Counted from the first letter of the whole stretch, positions 34,401-47,077 are shown. The stretch: DNA of 61,488 nucleotides, filler included, from Basidiobolus meristosporus CBS 931.73 (GCA_002104905.1; 3 parts of 3 records of this genome joined end to end with filler, not necessarily neighbours in it), one strand, 5' to 3'. A program made the numbers and translations. Notes: generated from the sequence alone by a model not told the origin.

Positions 34401-36132
34401 ATTGAAAGATACAAAGCAAGACTTGTAGCTAAAGGATACTCTCAAACAAAAGGACTTGACTATACTGAGACCTTTGCACCGGTAGCCAAGTTTAATTCCA
34501 TCAGATTAATATTGGCTATTGCAGCCAAATATAAGTTTTTTATTCACCAAATGGATGTAAAAACTGCATTTTTGAATGGAGAACTTGATGAGGACGTGTA
34601 TATGGACCAGCCTGATGGGTTTGTTGACCAAGATAACCCCCATTTGGTCTGCAAGCTTAAAAAGTCACTATATGGTCTCAAACAATCACCGAGAGCCTGG
34701 AATTGCAAGATAGATTCTTATTTGGAATCTTTGAGTTTCAAAAGGAGTAATGCTGACTATAGTATATACTATAAGCCAGATAGAGCAAATCCAGTTCTAT
34801 TAGCTCTATATGTGGATGATCTTATTATAGCCGCCAATAACCTAGAAACATTGGAAGAGACTAAATCAAACCTCTCTAAGGAGTTCAAGATGTCCAATCT
34901 AGGAGAACTTAGTTACTACTTAGGGATTAAGTTCTCCATAGACAGAAGTACCCAGACTATTACCCTAAGCCAATCCAAGTATATTCAAGATATACTAAAG
35001 AAGTACAAAATGGAAGACTGTAAACCGGCAGCTACCCCAATGGAGACAAACCTTAACTTGGTCAAAACTCAGCCAAATCAAGAGAGCTTGGTGCCATCTG
35101 AAAGCCCTGATTTTCCTTATCAATCTATGGTCGGCAGTCTGATGTATATCATGCTTGGAACACATCCAGATATCTCATATTCAGTGGGAGTTGTCAGCCA
35201 ACATAATCAGAATAATGGATCTGATCATATTGCAGCAGTTAAGCGGATTTTTAGATACCTAAAAGGAACTGCTGATATCTGCTTAAGATACACTTATAAG
35301 GATTCAGAACAGGATCTTGTGGGATACTCTGATGCTGATTGGGGACAAAATTTAGAAGACAGAAGATCCACCACAGGATACACCTTTCTTTACTGTAAAG
35401 GAGCCACTTCATGGAATTCAAGAAAGCAACCAACCGTAGCACTTTCTACTACAGAGGCAGAGTATATGGCAGCCTGTGAAGCTACAAAAGAAGCAATGTG
35501 GTTAAGAAAGCTCTTTGCAGATTTAGGCCTATGTCAAAAAACGCCTATTACTTTATTTCAAGATAATCAAGGATGTATACAACTAGGTAGAAATCCAACT
35601 TTTCATGCTAGAACCAAGCACATAGATATTAGACATCATTTCATACGTGAAGCTATAGAGAATAACTTAGTTAGCTTAGTTTACTGTTCTACAGATGAAA
35701 TGATTGCAGACATATTTACCAAACCATTAGCTAGAGACAAGTTTGAATATCTTAGGTCAAAATTAGGACTAGTCAGTATGAATATTTAGCTGAGTGGGAG
35801 TGTTGTAAAAATTTGTATTTCCACCTAAATATTCACCTAACTTAGTCACTTAGATCATCACCTTCAAATCCTAGAGAATACTGACCAAATTCCTTGTCGG
35901 GATTTACTTAGAATATTTACCCAGAACATGAAAATTCTCAAAGTTGTCCAAACAGCCCCAAACTTTGCACACATGTTCTTGGGACCTTCCTTAACCTATT
36001 CTACGTGTTTGTAATGCCAAGACCATGTAAAAGTATAAATACTACTTTTACATTCAATAAATAATTAAGTGAAAACAACATAATCTACTTGTTCTCCAAA
36101 TCACTTCCAATATCTCCAAGACTCTTACATCA
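31482..36132 (+). mobile_element. Full-length copia element A2 (4651 bp); TSD GATAC
   Basis: LTRs 31482-31813 and 35801-36132 are 332 bp with one mismatch by eye. GATAC at 31477-31481 and 36133-36137. PBS at 31814-31825; PPT GAGTGGGAG before 35801. Confidence 0.97.
31818..35789 (+). CDS. gag-pol: Copia Gag-PR-IN-RT-RNaseH polyprotein (1323 aa), single open frame
   Basis: NYQVWKVKMKMLL, knuckle CNYCKRKGHTSDRC, protease WYIDSGASQH, WHRRFGH..CEAC, IHSDLCGP, QNGVAER, LYVDD, YSDADW, KHIDIRHHFIRE. Confidence 0.95.
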   Translation: MSPKLSLSAMSTTAITGIFPSAEKLDGSNYQVWKVKMKMLLQERGLWDIVMGEECPPKNVGEEALKYQKKEQSAFNCICLNVKDKLLIQCSRAKTAKNAWKALEDTYQSCSAAKKRYLRRKFFTTKMLPGEEMKNLINRITLLVDEMESVGVPTTDEDVIVTILNSLTDKFQGLVSALESRTEDLTLNYVYGRLLDEELRKSSANKKEEENALISNDNQQRRYPRPYKGNNNLFCNYCKRKGHTSDRCFKKRDYQQTKPEYGNAATTEDRLFISALNMTTNKDSQTWYIDSGASQHFTHQKELFTQYQEIPIKKVFMGDNRTLDAVGEGTIQVNLRSSEGSHTLTFKEVLYVPEIAKNLLSVSKATAEGLSFSFDNSGCRITDQNGAHIALGIRDQNLYKLTYIPSYLEANISNLNEETPMLWHRRFGHINFDYLRKMIKDQLISGVKIDPPANLEHCEACIYGKQARQPFKSSGLIKTKKKLDLIHSDLCGPMQNLSLGGMKYLITFIDDYTRYTWVYFMERKEEALSKFREFKAMVERETGEKIKKICSDNGGEYTSKLFIHFCKIHGIRQETTVPYSPQQNGVAERANRSIIDMARSMIHDQKLSYDFWAESVATAVYLKNRSYNRILRDSTPFEAWYGYRPSAEHLRIFGCTAYAKKLAGNQSKFEPKSVKCIFLGYCNESKAYRLYNTEAKKLIKSRDVLFDENSKFSQKMTSDDDENLISSPPIVRIESEQNNENFFTPEDSTTVVQPESVPRNIPEVIIPVSNARRSNRTRNSPNYYINEGTNLAYAYSVHVDEPQTIKEALNSPQTKFWRSAMTEEYQALMENQTWDLVKLPINQKPIGCRWVFKTKYKADGTIERYKARLVAKGYSQTKGLDYTETFAPVAKFNSIRLILAIAAKYKFFIHQMDVKTAFLNGELDEDVYMDQPDGFVDQDNPHLVCKLKKSLYGLKQSPRAWNCKIDSYLESLSFKRSNADYSIYYKPDRANPVLLALYVDDLIIAANNLETLEETKSNLSKEFKMSNLGELSYYLGIKFSIDRSTQTITLSQSKYIQDILKKYKMEDCKPAATPMETNLNLVKTQPNQESLVPSESPDFPYQSMVGSLMYIMLGTHPDISYSVGVVSQHNQNNGSDHIAAVKRIFRYLKGTADICLRYTYKDSEQDLVGYSDADWGQNLEDRRSTTGYTFLYCKGATSWNSRKQPTVALSTTEAEYMAACEATKEAMWLRKLFADLGLCQKTPITLFQDNQGCIQLGRNPTFHARTKHIDIRHHFIREAIENNLVSLVYCSTDEMIADIFTKPLARDKFEYLRSKLGLVSMNI

Positions 36133-36242
36133 GATACTGATTAGTTCCCAGCCATTTCTCTTACTTTCTGACCCCAGCCACTTAATCATCCCCTGTGTTG
36201 GTGTACATTGACTGGCTATTGCCTCATTTTCATACTCCTTAC

Positions 36243-37983
36243 TGTTGTAAAAATTTGTAGCTCCACTTAAATATTCACCTAACTTAGTCACTTAAATCAT
36301 CACATACAAATCTTAGTGAATACTGACCAAATTGCTTGTCAGGATTTACTTGGAATATTTTCACCAAAACATCAGGCACCCAGAACATGAAAATTCTCAA
36401 AGTGGCCCAAACAGCCACAAACTTTGCATACATGTTCTTGGGACCTTCCTAAGCATATTCTACATGTGTGTTATGCCAAGATCATGTAAAACTATCATAC
36501 TACTTTTCCATTCAATAAATCATCAAGTGAATACTACATAATCTACTTGTTCTCCAAATCACCTCCAACATCTCCAAGACTCATACAGCAGATTATGAGC
36601 CCTAATGTGTCATGCTCTGCAATGTCTACAACTGCTAATACTGGAATTTCTCCCTTCACTGAAGAGTTGGATGGATCCAACTACCAAGTCTAGAAGGTGA
36701 AGATGAAGATGCTGATACAGGAAAGATGCCTTTGGTATGTTATGGGAGCAGAATGTCCTCCTAAAAGCATAGGAGAGGAAGCCTTAAAGTACCAGAAGAA
36801 AGAACAATGTGCCTTGAACTGCATTTGCCTAATGATCAAAGACAAGTTGCTAATTCAATGCTTGTGAGCAAAGATGGCAAAGAATGCCTGGAAGACATTA
36901 AAAGACACCTACCAGCATAAGAAAATGCATCTTAGACCAAGCTTCTTCACTACAAAGAGGATACCAGGAGGGGAAGTGAAAATTCTAATCAGCAAAATAT
37001 CCTTTTATTTGATAAGATGGAATCAGTAGGTGTACCAGCTACTGATAAAGATGCAATAGTTACCATCCTGAATAGCCTGACAGACAGGTTTCAGGGCCTT
37101 ATATCAGCCCCAGAGTCCAGAACTAAATATTTGACCTTAAATTGCATATATAGTGACTCCTGGACAAAGAGTTAAGAGAAACAAGCACCAATAAGAATGA
37201 AGAAGAAAATGCTGTACTAAGCTACAACAACCAACAAAGGAGGTGCCTAAGACCCTTTAAAAGCAACAGTATCCTTTGTTGCAGCAGCTGAAAAGGAAGG
37301 GACACACATCTCATTGGTGCCTCAAAATGAGAGACAATCAGCACAAAAAGCCTAAATACGGAAATGCTACAGTTACTGAGGAAAGACTGTTCATATCTGC
37401 ACCAAAAATGGCCACAGACAAGGATTCTCAATGTGAGATACTGACTCTGGAGCATCTCAACACTTTACACACTAAACAGAACATTTTACCCAATATGAAG
37501 TAATTCAAATTAGTAAGGTTTTGATGGGTCACAACAGAACACTTTATGCAGTTGGAGAAAGAACTGTCCAAGTAAAACTCAGAAGCAGTGAAGGAAGTCA
37601 CACAATTAGCTTCAATGTGGTACTCTCTGTACCAGAAACAGCTAAGAACAAATTATCTGTAAGCAAGGTCATAGCAGAAGGACTCAGTTCTGTTTTGTCA
37701 ATTCTGGTTGCTGGATCACTGATCAAAATGGTGCCCATATTGCTTTTGGTATCACAGACTGGAATCTTCACAAGTTGACTTCTCTTCCACTGTATCTGAA
37801 AGCCAATATAAGTAACATAAGAGAAAAAACACCAGTACTTTGGCCTAGGTAATTTGGACATGGCAATTTTGGTTATTGGAGCAAAATGATCAGATATCAG
37901 CTAATTTCCACAGTAAAAAATGATCACCCAGTTGATCTGGGGCAATGTGAAGCCTGCCTATATTAGAAACAAGCTAGACAACC
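36243..37983 (+). mobile_element. Decayed copia A3 (5' LTR 36243-36590, gag to pre-integrase region), truncated by a CACTA insertion
   Basis: 348-bp LTR, PBS GATTATGAGCCC, stop-ridden gag and protease. Confidence 0.85.
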
Positions 37984-38792
37984 CCCTAGGAAAAATAATT
38001 GTAATGATCCTGTCAAAAGGCCATCACAAAGTTAAAATCCCATGACTAAGAGGTATTGATCCTATCAGGACACCATGCAAAGACTGTTGAGAAAAATTTC
38101 ACCCTAGAATTGACAAAATACTTGGTGAAAATATTTCATCACAAAAATACATAAGTGGCATTTGATTGGTTCTCTGCCAACTCTCTCACTTTCAGATCCT
38201 GGACACTCAATCACCTCCTACATTTGTGTACATTGATTGGCTATTACCTCTTTTTCTCACTCCTTACTTCCTGACTCAACCAATGCTCTAACTTCTAATG
38301 CATAAAAATTGTTTATTTCAGTTCAAAGTACTGCATATTGCAATTGCTAATTGTACTGAACTATACAAGTCCCTATACCCAACACTAATAAGAAGCCCAA
38401 CCCCATGCTCAGCAAGTAACTCCATTAAAATAAATCATTCAATAAGTATATCTGCTGTAATGCCCTTTTTCCATGACTTTGGCAGAATCCCTACAGCTTT
38501 ATACCATAGTTCATTCACTGGTACACATACATCATGGCTTTCAGCCCACACTGCAAGGTCTAGCACCTCATCTGCCTGACTTTGCAATAAATCCTTGCAA
38601 TATTCAAGTGTGTTTTCTTGAGCACTGCTCTTGAAGAAGTGCTACAACCTCTTGGTGTGCCTATTAATGTTCCAAGCTTCCACTGTAGGCATTGTGATAG
38701 TCTTTTGCGCTCTTGAACTTGTTGCTTTATTTGTCAGTAGAATCTCCACATTGTCTACAATGGAGGATGTGGAGACAGTGGTAGACAAATTA
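37984..38792. mobile_element. CACTA-like Y-side terminus plus the 3' end of gene Y (-)
   Basis: Starts CCCTAGGAAAAATAATTGTAATGATCC; 38440-38790 matches 7030-7375. Confidence 0.75.
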
Positions 38793-41700
38793 CTCTATGA
38801 AAAATAACTTGGTCCAGTGGGTGGATCCAATCTAGATCAGCCATCAAGATCCTGCCAAGAGATCATCATAATGCCAGCAGCTTGAAATTAATGACCTTCT
38901 TCACAATCTTATGAAGGGATCACAATGGTGTTTTGCTATACTTACTGCTGAATAGAGTCAAAAACTTGACAGGGTTTTGGTGGACTTTCTACAAGAGTTG
39001 CATGGCATTGTGATGGTTTTGATGTGCTCAAAATCTATGTGAGCAGATCTAACAGGCCAGTATATCCAATTGCCTTATATGGCAAGAAACTTGATGGTGT
39101 TTGGACAGCCTTATTGCCAGCCACTGATGGTGTTTCAATGGCAGTATGGCAGCCTACAGCTAGGTCTGTATGATTCTACTGTGCCAATTTACCAAATGGT
39201 ATTTCCTTTTTCTACCACCCCCTGTGCCATTCATATTTCCACTGTAGAATCACCCCTCTTTATTTGCTTACCCACTACTACCTTGGGTATTCCACATATG
39301 GTTTGAATCAAAAAATACTATGGCCTCCTTCTTACTAACCTCTACATAAGCACACACCTGCTACAATTGACACACTTCTATCACCTCAACTTTACAGCTT
39401 TTGGTGTGATACTTGCAAAGTTGCTATATACCTTGTATTGATGGTAACATATACATCTTGCAGACATATGCTTTGTTGCTGCTACTTTTGCCATGAATAC
39501 CTCCTGAATATCTGCAAAGAACATTTCAGTATTCAGCCAATATATTCCTTCTCCCTACTGGATTCTAGTCCCCCTTATAGGTGCATTCTGGCTCTTGCTT
39601 ATGTGATTTCTGTACTGAATGGTAAAGAAACCAGCTCATGACCACATGAAACCTGGCATACTTTGGTAAACTTGTCCTAATAAAAATTAGCTGCCTGTTA
39701 CTGTTGTAAAGATTTGTAATTTCACCTAAATATTCACCTAACTTAGTCACTTAGATCATTACCTTCAAATCCTAGGGAATACAGACCAAGTTCCTAGCTG
39801 GCATTTGCTTAGAATATTTTCACCAAAATACCAGGTATCCAGAACATGAAAATTCTCAAAGTTGTCCAAGCAGCCCCAAACTTTGCACACATGTGCTTGG
39901 AACTTTTCTTAATCTATTCTATGTGCTTGTAATGCCAAGACTATGTAAAAGTATAAATACTACTTTTACATTCAATAAATCATTATGTGAAAACCCCATA
40001 GCCCCCTAGTTCTCCCAATCACTTCCAATATCTCCAAGACTCTTTCACCAGGTTATGAGCCCCAAGATGTCACTCTGAGCAACATCTACCACTGTTACTA
40101 CTGGAATTTTTCCCTCTGCTGAAAAGTTGGATGGATCTAACTACCAAGTGTGGATGGTAAAGATGAAGATGCTGCTACAAGAAAGGGGCTTTTAGGATGT
40201 GGTCATGGAAGGAGAATACCCTCCCAAAAATGTGGGAGAGGAAGCATTAGAGTACCAGAAGAAAGAATAAATTGCCTTTTACTGCATTTGCCTCAATGCT
40301 AAAAACAAATTGCAAATTCACTGCTCAAGAGCAAAAATGGCAAAGAATGCCTGGAAGGCATTGGAAGACCCCTACCAGTCATGTTCCGCTGCTAAGAAAA
40401 TGTATCTTAGACAAAGATTCTTTACTACAAAGATGCTCCCAGGAGAAGAAATGAAAAGTCTAACAGAATCACCCTGCTGGTGAATGAGATGGAATATGTG
40501 GGCATACTTACTGCTGCTGAGGATGTGATAGTGGCCATCCTGATTGGCCTGACAGACAGGTTCCAGGGCCTTGTATCAGCCCTGGAGTCCAGAACTTAAG
40601 ATTTGGCCTTAAATTATGTATATGGAAGGCTCCTGGATGAAAAATTCAGAAAATCAAGTGCCAATAAGAAGGAAGAAGATAATGCTTTAATAAGCAATGA
40701 TAACCAAAAAAGGAGGTACCCAAATCCCTATAAAGGCAACAGCAACCTGTTTTGCAATTACTGTAAAAGGAAAGGATGCACATCAGACCAGTATCCCAAA
40801 AGAGAGATAATCAACAGAAAAAGCCTGCATATGAAAATGCTGCAACAACTTAAGATAGACTTTTTATATGCACTAAACATCACCACAAACATGGATTCTC
40901 AGATGTGGTATATTGACTCTGGAGCATCTCAACACCTCACACACCAAAAAGTACTTTTTACCCTATATCAAGAAATTCTAATGAAGAAGGTTTTTGCGGG
41001 TGACCATAGAACACTTGATACAGTGGGAGAAGGAACCCTCCAAGTAAACCATAGAAGCAGTGAAGGAAGCCATACACTGACCTTTAGAGAAGTATTCTAT
41101 GTGCCAGAAATAGCCAAGAACCCACTATCTGTAAGCAAGGGCACTGAAGAAGAACTCAGTTTCAGCTTTGACAATTTTGGATGCAGGATTGCTGATGAAA
41201 ATGGTGCTTATATTGCTTTGGGTATCAGAGATCAAAATCTATACAAGTTGACTTATATTCCATCATATCTGGAAGCCATTATAAGTAACTTACATGAAGA
41301 AACACCAATACTTTGGCACAGGAGATTTAGGCACATCAATTTTGATTATTTGTGCAAAATGATCAAACATCAGCTAATTTCTGGAATAAGAATTGATCCC
41401 CCAGCTAATTTGGAGCACTGAGAAGCCAGCATATATGGGAAGCAAGCCAGACAACCATTCAAGAGCTCTGGTTTAATCAAAACTAGGAAAAGATTAGATC
41501 TAATTCACTCAGTTCTGTGTGGACCTATGCAAAATTTATCCTTAAGTGGGATGAAGTGTTTGATCACTTTTATTGATGATTATACAAGATACACATGGGT
41601 CTACTTCATGGAGAGAAAGGAAGAAGCTCTGTCTAAGTTCAGGGAGATTAAAGCCATAGTGGAGAGACAAACTGGTAAAAAATCAAGCAAATACACTTTG

Positions 41701-42029
41701 ACAATGGTGGAGAATATACATCAGAACTTTTGATCCACTTCTGCAAAGCTCATGGGATAAAGCAAGAGATTACTGTACCATACTCCCTGCAGCAAAATGG
41801 AGTGTCAGAATGTGCAAACAGACCAACAATTGATATGCAAGATCTTTGATCCATGATCAAAAAATATCCTATAATTTTTGGGCAGAATCAGTTGCCACAG
41901 CTGTGTACCTTAGAAATAGGAGTTATAACAGAATGCTTTGTGATTCTACTCCATTCAAAGCATGGTATAGATACAGACCAAGTGCAGAACATCTAAGAAT
42001 ATTTGGGTGTACAGCATATGCTAAGAAAC

Positions 42030-42378
42030 TGTTGTACAAGTCTTGGAGATATTGGAAGTGATTGGGAGAACAAGTAGATTATTAGGTTTTCACTTAATGA
42101 TTTATTGATTGTAAGAGTAGTATTTATACTTTTACATGGTCTTGGCATTACAAGCACATAGAATAGGCTAAGAAAGGTCCCAAGAACATGTGCGCAAAGT
42201 TTGGGGCTGTTTGGACAACCTTGCAAATTTTCATGTTGTGGATACCTGGTATTTTGGTGAAAATATTCTAAGTAAATCCCAACAAGGGATTTGGTTAGTA
42301 ATCTCTAGGACTTGGAGGTTATGATCCAAGTGACTAAGTTAGGTGAATATAATGGTTGAATTACAAATCTTGACAACA
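42030..42378 (-). repeat. Solo LTR-A (349 bp), antisense inside A4; TSD GAAAC
   Basis: GAAAC at 42025-42029 and 42379-42383; reverse complement of LTR-A. Confidence 0.93.
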
Positions 42379-43258
42379 GAAACTGCCAGGAAATCAGGCA
42401 AAATTTAATCCAAAAAGTGTAAAATGCATATTTTTGGGCTACTGCAATGAGAGTAAAGCATACAGACTCTGCTATACCCAAGTAAAGAAGCTGATCAAGA
42501 GCAGGGATGCTTTATTGGATCAAAATTCAAGATTTTTGCAAAAAATGTCATCAGATGAAGAAAAAAATCTTATATCAAGTCCACCAATAGTCAAAATTGA
42601 ATCAGAGCAAAACAGTGAGGACTTCTTCAACCCAGAAAACTCTACAACTGTAGTTCAGCCTGAATCAGAGCCCAGGAATGTCCCAGAAGTTATCATTCCA
42701 GTATCAAATGCCTGGAGATCCAACTGGACAAGAGATAGCCCAAAGTACCATATTAATGAGGGTACAAACTTGGCCTATGCCTATTCAGTCCATATTGATG
42801 AGCCACAGACTGCAAAAGAGGCCCTAAATAGCCCTCAGACCAAGCTTTGGAGATCTGCAATGACTAAGGAATATCAGGCCCTAATGGAAAATCAAACTTG
42901 GGACTTGGTCAAATTACCAATCAACCTGAAATCAATTGGATGCAGATGGGTCTTCAAGACAAAATACAAGGCTGATGGTACAATTGAAGGATACAAAGCA
43001 AGAATTGTAGCCAACAGATACTCTCAAACAAAAGGACTTGACTATACTGAGACCTTTGCACCAGTAGCCAAGTTTAATTCCATCAGATTGATATTGGCTA
43101 ATGCAGCCAAATATAAGTTTTTTATACATCAAATGGATGTAAAAGCCGCTTTTTTGAATGGAGGACTTGAGGAGGACATGTATATGGACCCACCTGATGG
43201 GCTTGTTTACCAAGATAACCCTCCATTTGGTCTGCAAGCTTAAAAAATCTCTATATGG

Positions 43259-44328
43259 TGTAGTGGGGTCACTGTGACACCCACTGACAGATGTGCTCAT
43301 TCCCATATTTTCTACTTCCCTATTTCTCTACTATACTCATTTTAGTCTTATCCCATTTGTCTTACCTGATCAGTGCCATCCCATATGCCAGTTAACTATC
43401 ACACCTGCTTACCTTATTGTATAAGTTATCCCTCACTTCATGTAAGATTACTAGCTGTAAGTGCTTCTATATTGGGCAAGCACCCATGCCAGTACCCATG
43501 ACGTGTGATCAGTGTGTGTCACCATCTCTACTATTTCCATACCATATATGGTATCCCTATGTTAAGCAGGTCCCAGAGTACTGATTCCTGATTGGTTGGA
43601 TGTGCTATGCTGCTCAGAACCTTCCGGCACCTGCTTAGAGTACTCTTAGCTCATTCTGATGTTATTAAGATTTCTATCAATCTCCAGAGCCTTCTGGAAT
43701 ACCATGATTAGTAATCACTTAGCCAATGAGAAAAGTATATAAGGGAGGGAATCCCTCAACAATAAATCATCATCCCTTTTATCAATATACCAACTTGTTG
43801 ATTAGTGTGATCACTGCTACCTGCTGCTACCTGAACTTCTAACCCCAGACCACAAGACACTCCCAGGAAACCATGCTGACCACCAACTGACCTTGGAGGC
43901 ACTACTTGTGAGGAATAATCAGAGTAGGTATCTTCTATTATGTTTGATTCTTTCTCAAGTTTGTTCTTGTGCAGGCAAAGATACTTTTCTGTCTTTGTAA
44001 CTATTGACCACAGCTGCATTTGTATCAAGTCCTGGCTAGTGGAATTTACAGTTGTTTTGACTTTGGAAGCCTTAGTATATTGTCATCTCAAAGGATGCTG
44101 AACCCAGCACATACTTTTGTTAAGATGCCAACTAAGTTGGGGATTGTAGATCAATAGTTTTCCCTTGACAAGCTGGTGGTTTTATTTCCCATCACATTAG
44201 ATTAGAGACAGAACCCAAGTATTCCTAGCAAGCTTTTGCCAGAGGTTCTTGCACCCAGTGAGCACCCCATACACAAAAACTTGAGAAGTGCTGGATGTAT
44301 CTCTCCCTTGGACCTTTACACCACCACA
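43259..44328 (+). repeat. Solo LTR-B (1070 bp); 4-bp TSD ATGG
   Basis: TGTAGTGG...CCACCACA, with ATGG at 43255-43258 and 44329-44332. Host RT (SLYG|LKQSPR) resumes exactly. Confidence 0.88.
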
Positions 44329-46343
44329 ATGGTCTCAAACAATCACCAAGAGCCTGGAATTGCAAGATAGATTCTTATTTGGAACCTTTAGGTTTTGAAA
44401 GGAGTAATGCTGACTATAGTATACACTATAAGCCAGATAGAGCAAATCCAGTACTATTAGCTCTATATGTGGATGATCTTAGTATAGATGCCAATAACTT
44501 CAAAACACTGGAAGTGACTAAATCCAGCCTATCTAAAGAGTTCAAGATATCCAATCTAGGAGAACTCAGTTACTACTTTGGGATAAAGTTCTCCATAGAC
44601 AGAAGTACCCAGACTATCACCCTAAGCCAACTCAAGTATATTCAGGATATACTCAAGACATACCAAATGGAAGACTGTAAACTGGTATCTACCCCAGTGG
44701 AGACACACATTAACTTGGTCAAAACTCAACAAAATCAAGAGAGCTTGGCGCCATCTGAAAGCCCTGACTTTCCTTGTCAATATATGGCTGGCAGTCTGAT
44801 TTATATCATGCTTGGAACATGTCCAGATATCTCATATTCAGTGGGAATTGTCAGCCAGCATAGTTAGAACTATGGATCTGATCATATTGCAGCAGTTAAG
44901 TGGATTTTTAGATACATAACAGGAACTGCTGATATCTGCTTAAGGTACACTAAAATGAATTCAGAACACAATCTTGTAGGATACTTTGATGCTGGTTGGG
45001 AACAAACTTTTAAAAACAGAAGTTCCACCACAGGATACACCTTTCTTTACTGTAAAGGAGCAATTTCATGGAATTCATGAAAGCAGCCAACTGTGGCACT
45101 TTCCATCACAGAGGCAGAGTATATGGCAGCCTGTGAGGCTACAAAGGATGCAATGTGGCTAAGAAAGCTTTTCACAGATATAGGTCTATGTCAAAAAACA
45201 CCTATTACTGTAATTTAAGATAATCAAGGATGTATAAAATGGGTAGAAATCCAGCTCTTTATGCTAGTACTGAGCACATATATAGTAGACATCACTTTAT
45301 ATGTGTAGCTATAGAGAATAACCTAGTTAGCTTAGTATACTGTACTTCAGATGAACTGATTGCAGACATATTTACCAAACCATTAGCTAGAGAGAAGTTT
45401 GAATATCTTAGGTCAAAATTAGGACTAGTCAGTATGAACATTTAGCTGAGTGGGAGTGTTGTAAAGATTTGTAATTCCACCTAAATACTCACCTAACTTA
45501 GTCACTTAGATCATTACCTTAAAACCCTAGAGAATATTGACCAAATTTCTTGTTGTGATTTACTTAAATATTTTCACCAAAATACCAGGTACCCAGAACA
45601 TGAAAATTCTCAGAGTTGTTCAAGCAGCCCCAACTTTGCACACATGTTCTTGGGACCTTTCTTAACCTGTTTCTATGTGTTTCTTATGCAAAGATTATTT
45701 AAAAGCATAAATACTACTTTTACATACAATAAATCACTAACTGAAAACCTCATAATCTACTAGTCATCCCAGTCACTTCCCATATCTCCAAGACTCTTAC
45801 AACAGTTACACCTAGCCCAACTTTGCATTACTTAGCTTACTACCCATGCATTGGGATGCATAGCTTCTAAATGCCATAGGCATAGATGTCTCCATGTGCA
45901 CATCTGTCATTAGTATTTTCCAACTCTTCCTGGGTGTCCTCCATGCACCAATTCATCACATCTATAATGGACTTGAAGGCAATATTCTTGATGAGATTGG
46001 GATATGTTGGTATATGCAACTTGACTTGTCTTCATCTCTTCCCACACATATGCTCCATAGGGGACCCTCAAAAGGTGATGCAAGGTTCAATATTCTCCAC
46101 ACACCAAGCAAGATGGAGTAGAAAATGGATACAGTAGCAGCAGAGATCCAGGCATTCAACATAATGTTTATAGTATAGCTGCTCAAGTCCCAGCACAAAC
46201 TCCTTGCACAAAAGCTGTATATGTGTCAAGTTGGCATTAGTGATCCACTTCTAGATAATTATTCCAACAATGTCCACATATGACTCCCAATACTTCCAAT
46301 GTATTCTTGGTAGGAATGGCTTCAGAAGGCCACTTGAATAAAT

Positions 46344-47077
46344 AGACTTGTTCCGTTGGATAGTGCCACATTGAGCCATGAGTGCCAAATGGTACCATAG
46401 TGTGCCAGGGAGGCTAAGTGAACCTATACTTGGCCACAGAGTGTGAAACATAGATCTGCATCTTCATGCAAAGCAGCCCCTGTGTTTCACCAATGGTGTT
46501 GGAGAAAATCCATTTTTTGACCTTTTTTTTTACATCAATGTTGTGCAGGATGTGTAAGAGCACAAAAGGATTGAGAATATGCATTTGGTACTCAATACCC
46601 ATGGCACTCTGAATCTAGCTCCTGTGGCTTGTAGCATGTCACAACAATGCATGGCACTATCTTGGTCCACTGGTACTATCTGGCACTATATTTAAATATT
46701 AGCCCTAAAGTAAGATCAATACAAAGCACTTATAGTGCCAGATAGTACCAGTGGACCAAGATAGTGCCATGCATTGTTGTGACATGCTACAAGCCACAGG
46801 AGCTAGATTCAGAGTGCCATGGGTATTGAGAACCTGATGCATGTGTTCAGTTCTTCTGTGTTCTTACACATCCTGCACAACATTGATCCACAAAAAAACA
46901 TCAAAAAATGGATTTTCTCCTGCATCATAGGTGAAACACAGGGGCTGCTTTGCATGAAGATGCAGATCTATGTTTCACACTCTTTGGCCCAGTATAGGCT
47001 CATTTGGCCTCTCTGGCACACTATGGCATCATTTGGCCCTCATGGCTCAATGTGGCACTATCCAACAGAGCAAGTCT
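46344..47077. mobile_element. Foldback MITE of the Harbinger-like family (734 bp): 347-bp arms and a 40-bp spacer; TSD AAT
   Basis: Ends AGACTTGTTC and GAGCAAGTCT, with AAT at 46341-46343 and 47078-47080. Arms 46344-46690 and 46731-47077 align without indels. Shares GATAGTGCCAC and TATAGTGCCAGAT motifs with the left end at 3016. Confidence 0.93.

Larger units (their letters stand above)
31304..36242. mobile_element. CACTA-like Y-side terminus (31304-31481 plus 36138-36242), split by copia A2
   Basis: Starts CCCTATGAAAAACAACTGTGCTGATCC; homologous to 37984-38280 and 6594-6860. Confidence 0.7.
39702..45804 (+). mobile_element. Older full-length copia A4 with two nested solo LTRs; TSD GTTAC
   Basis: LTRs 39702-40050 and 45457-45804, roughly 10-15% diverged by eye. 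GTTAC at 39697-39701 and 45805-45809. Many stops. Confidence 0.93.
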
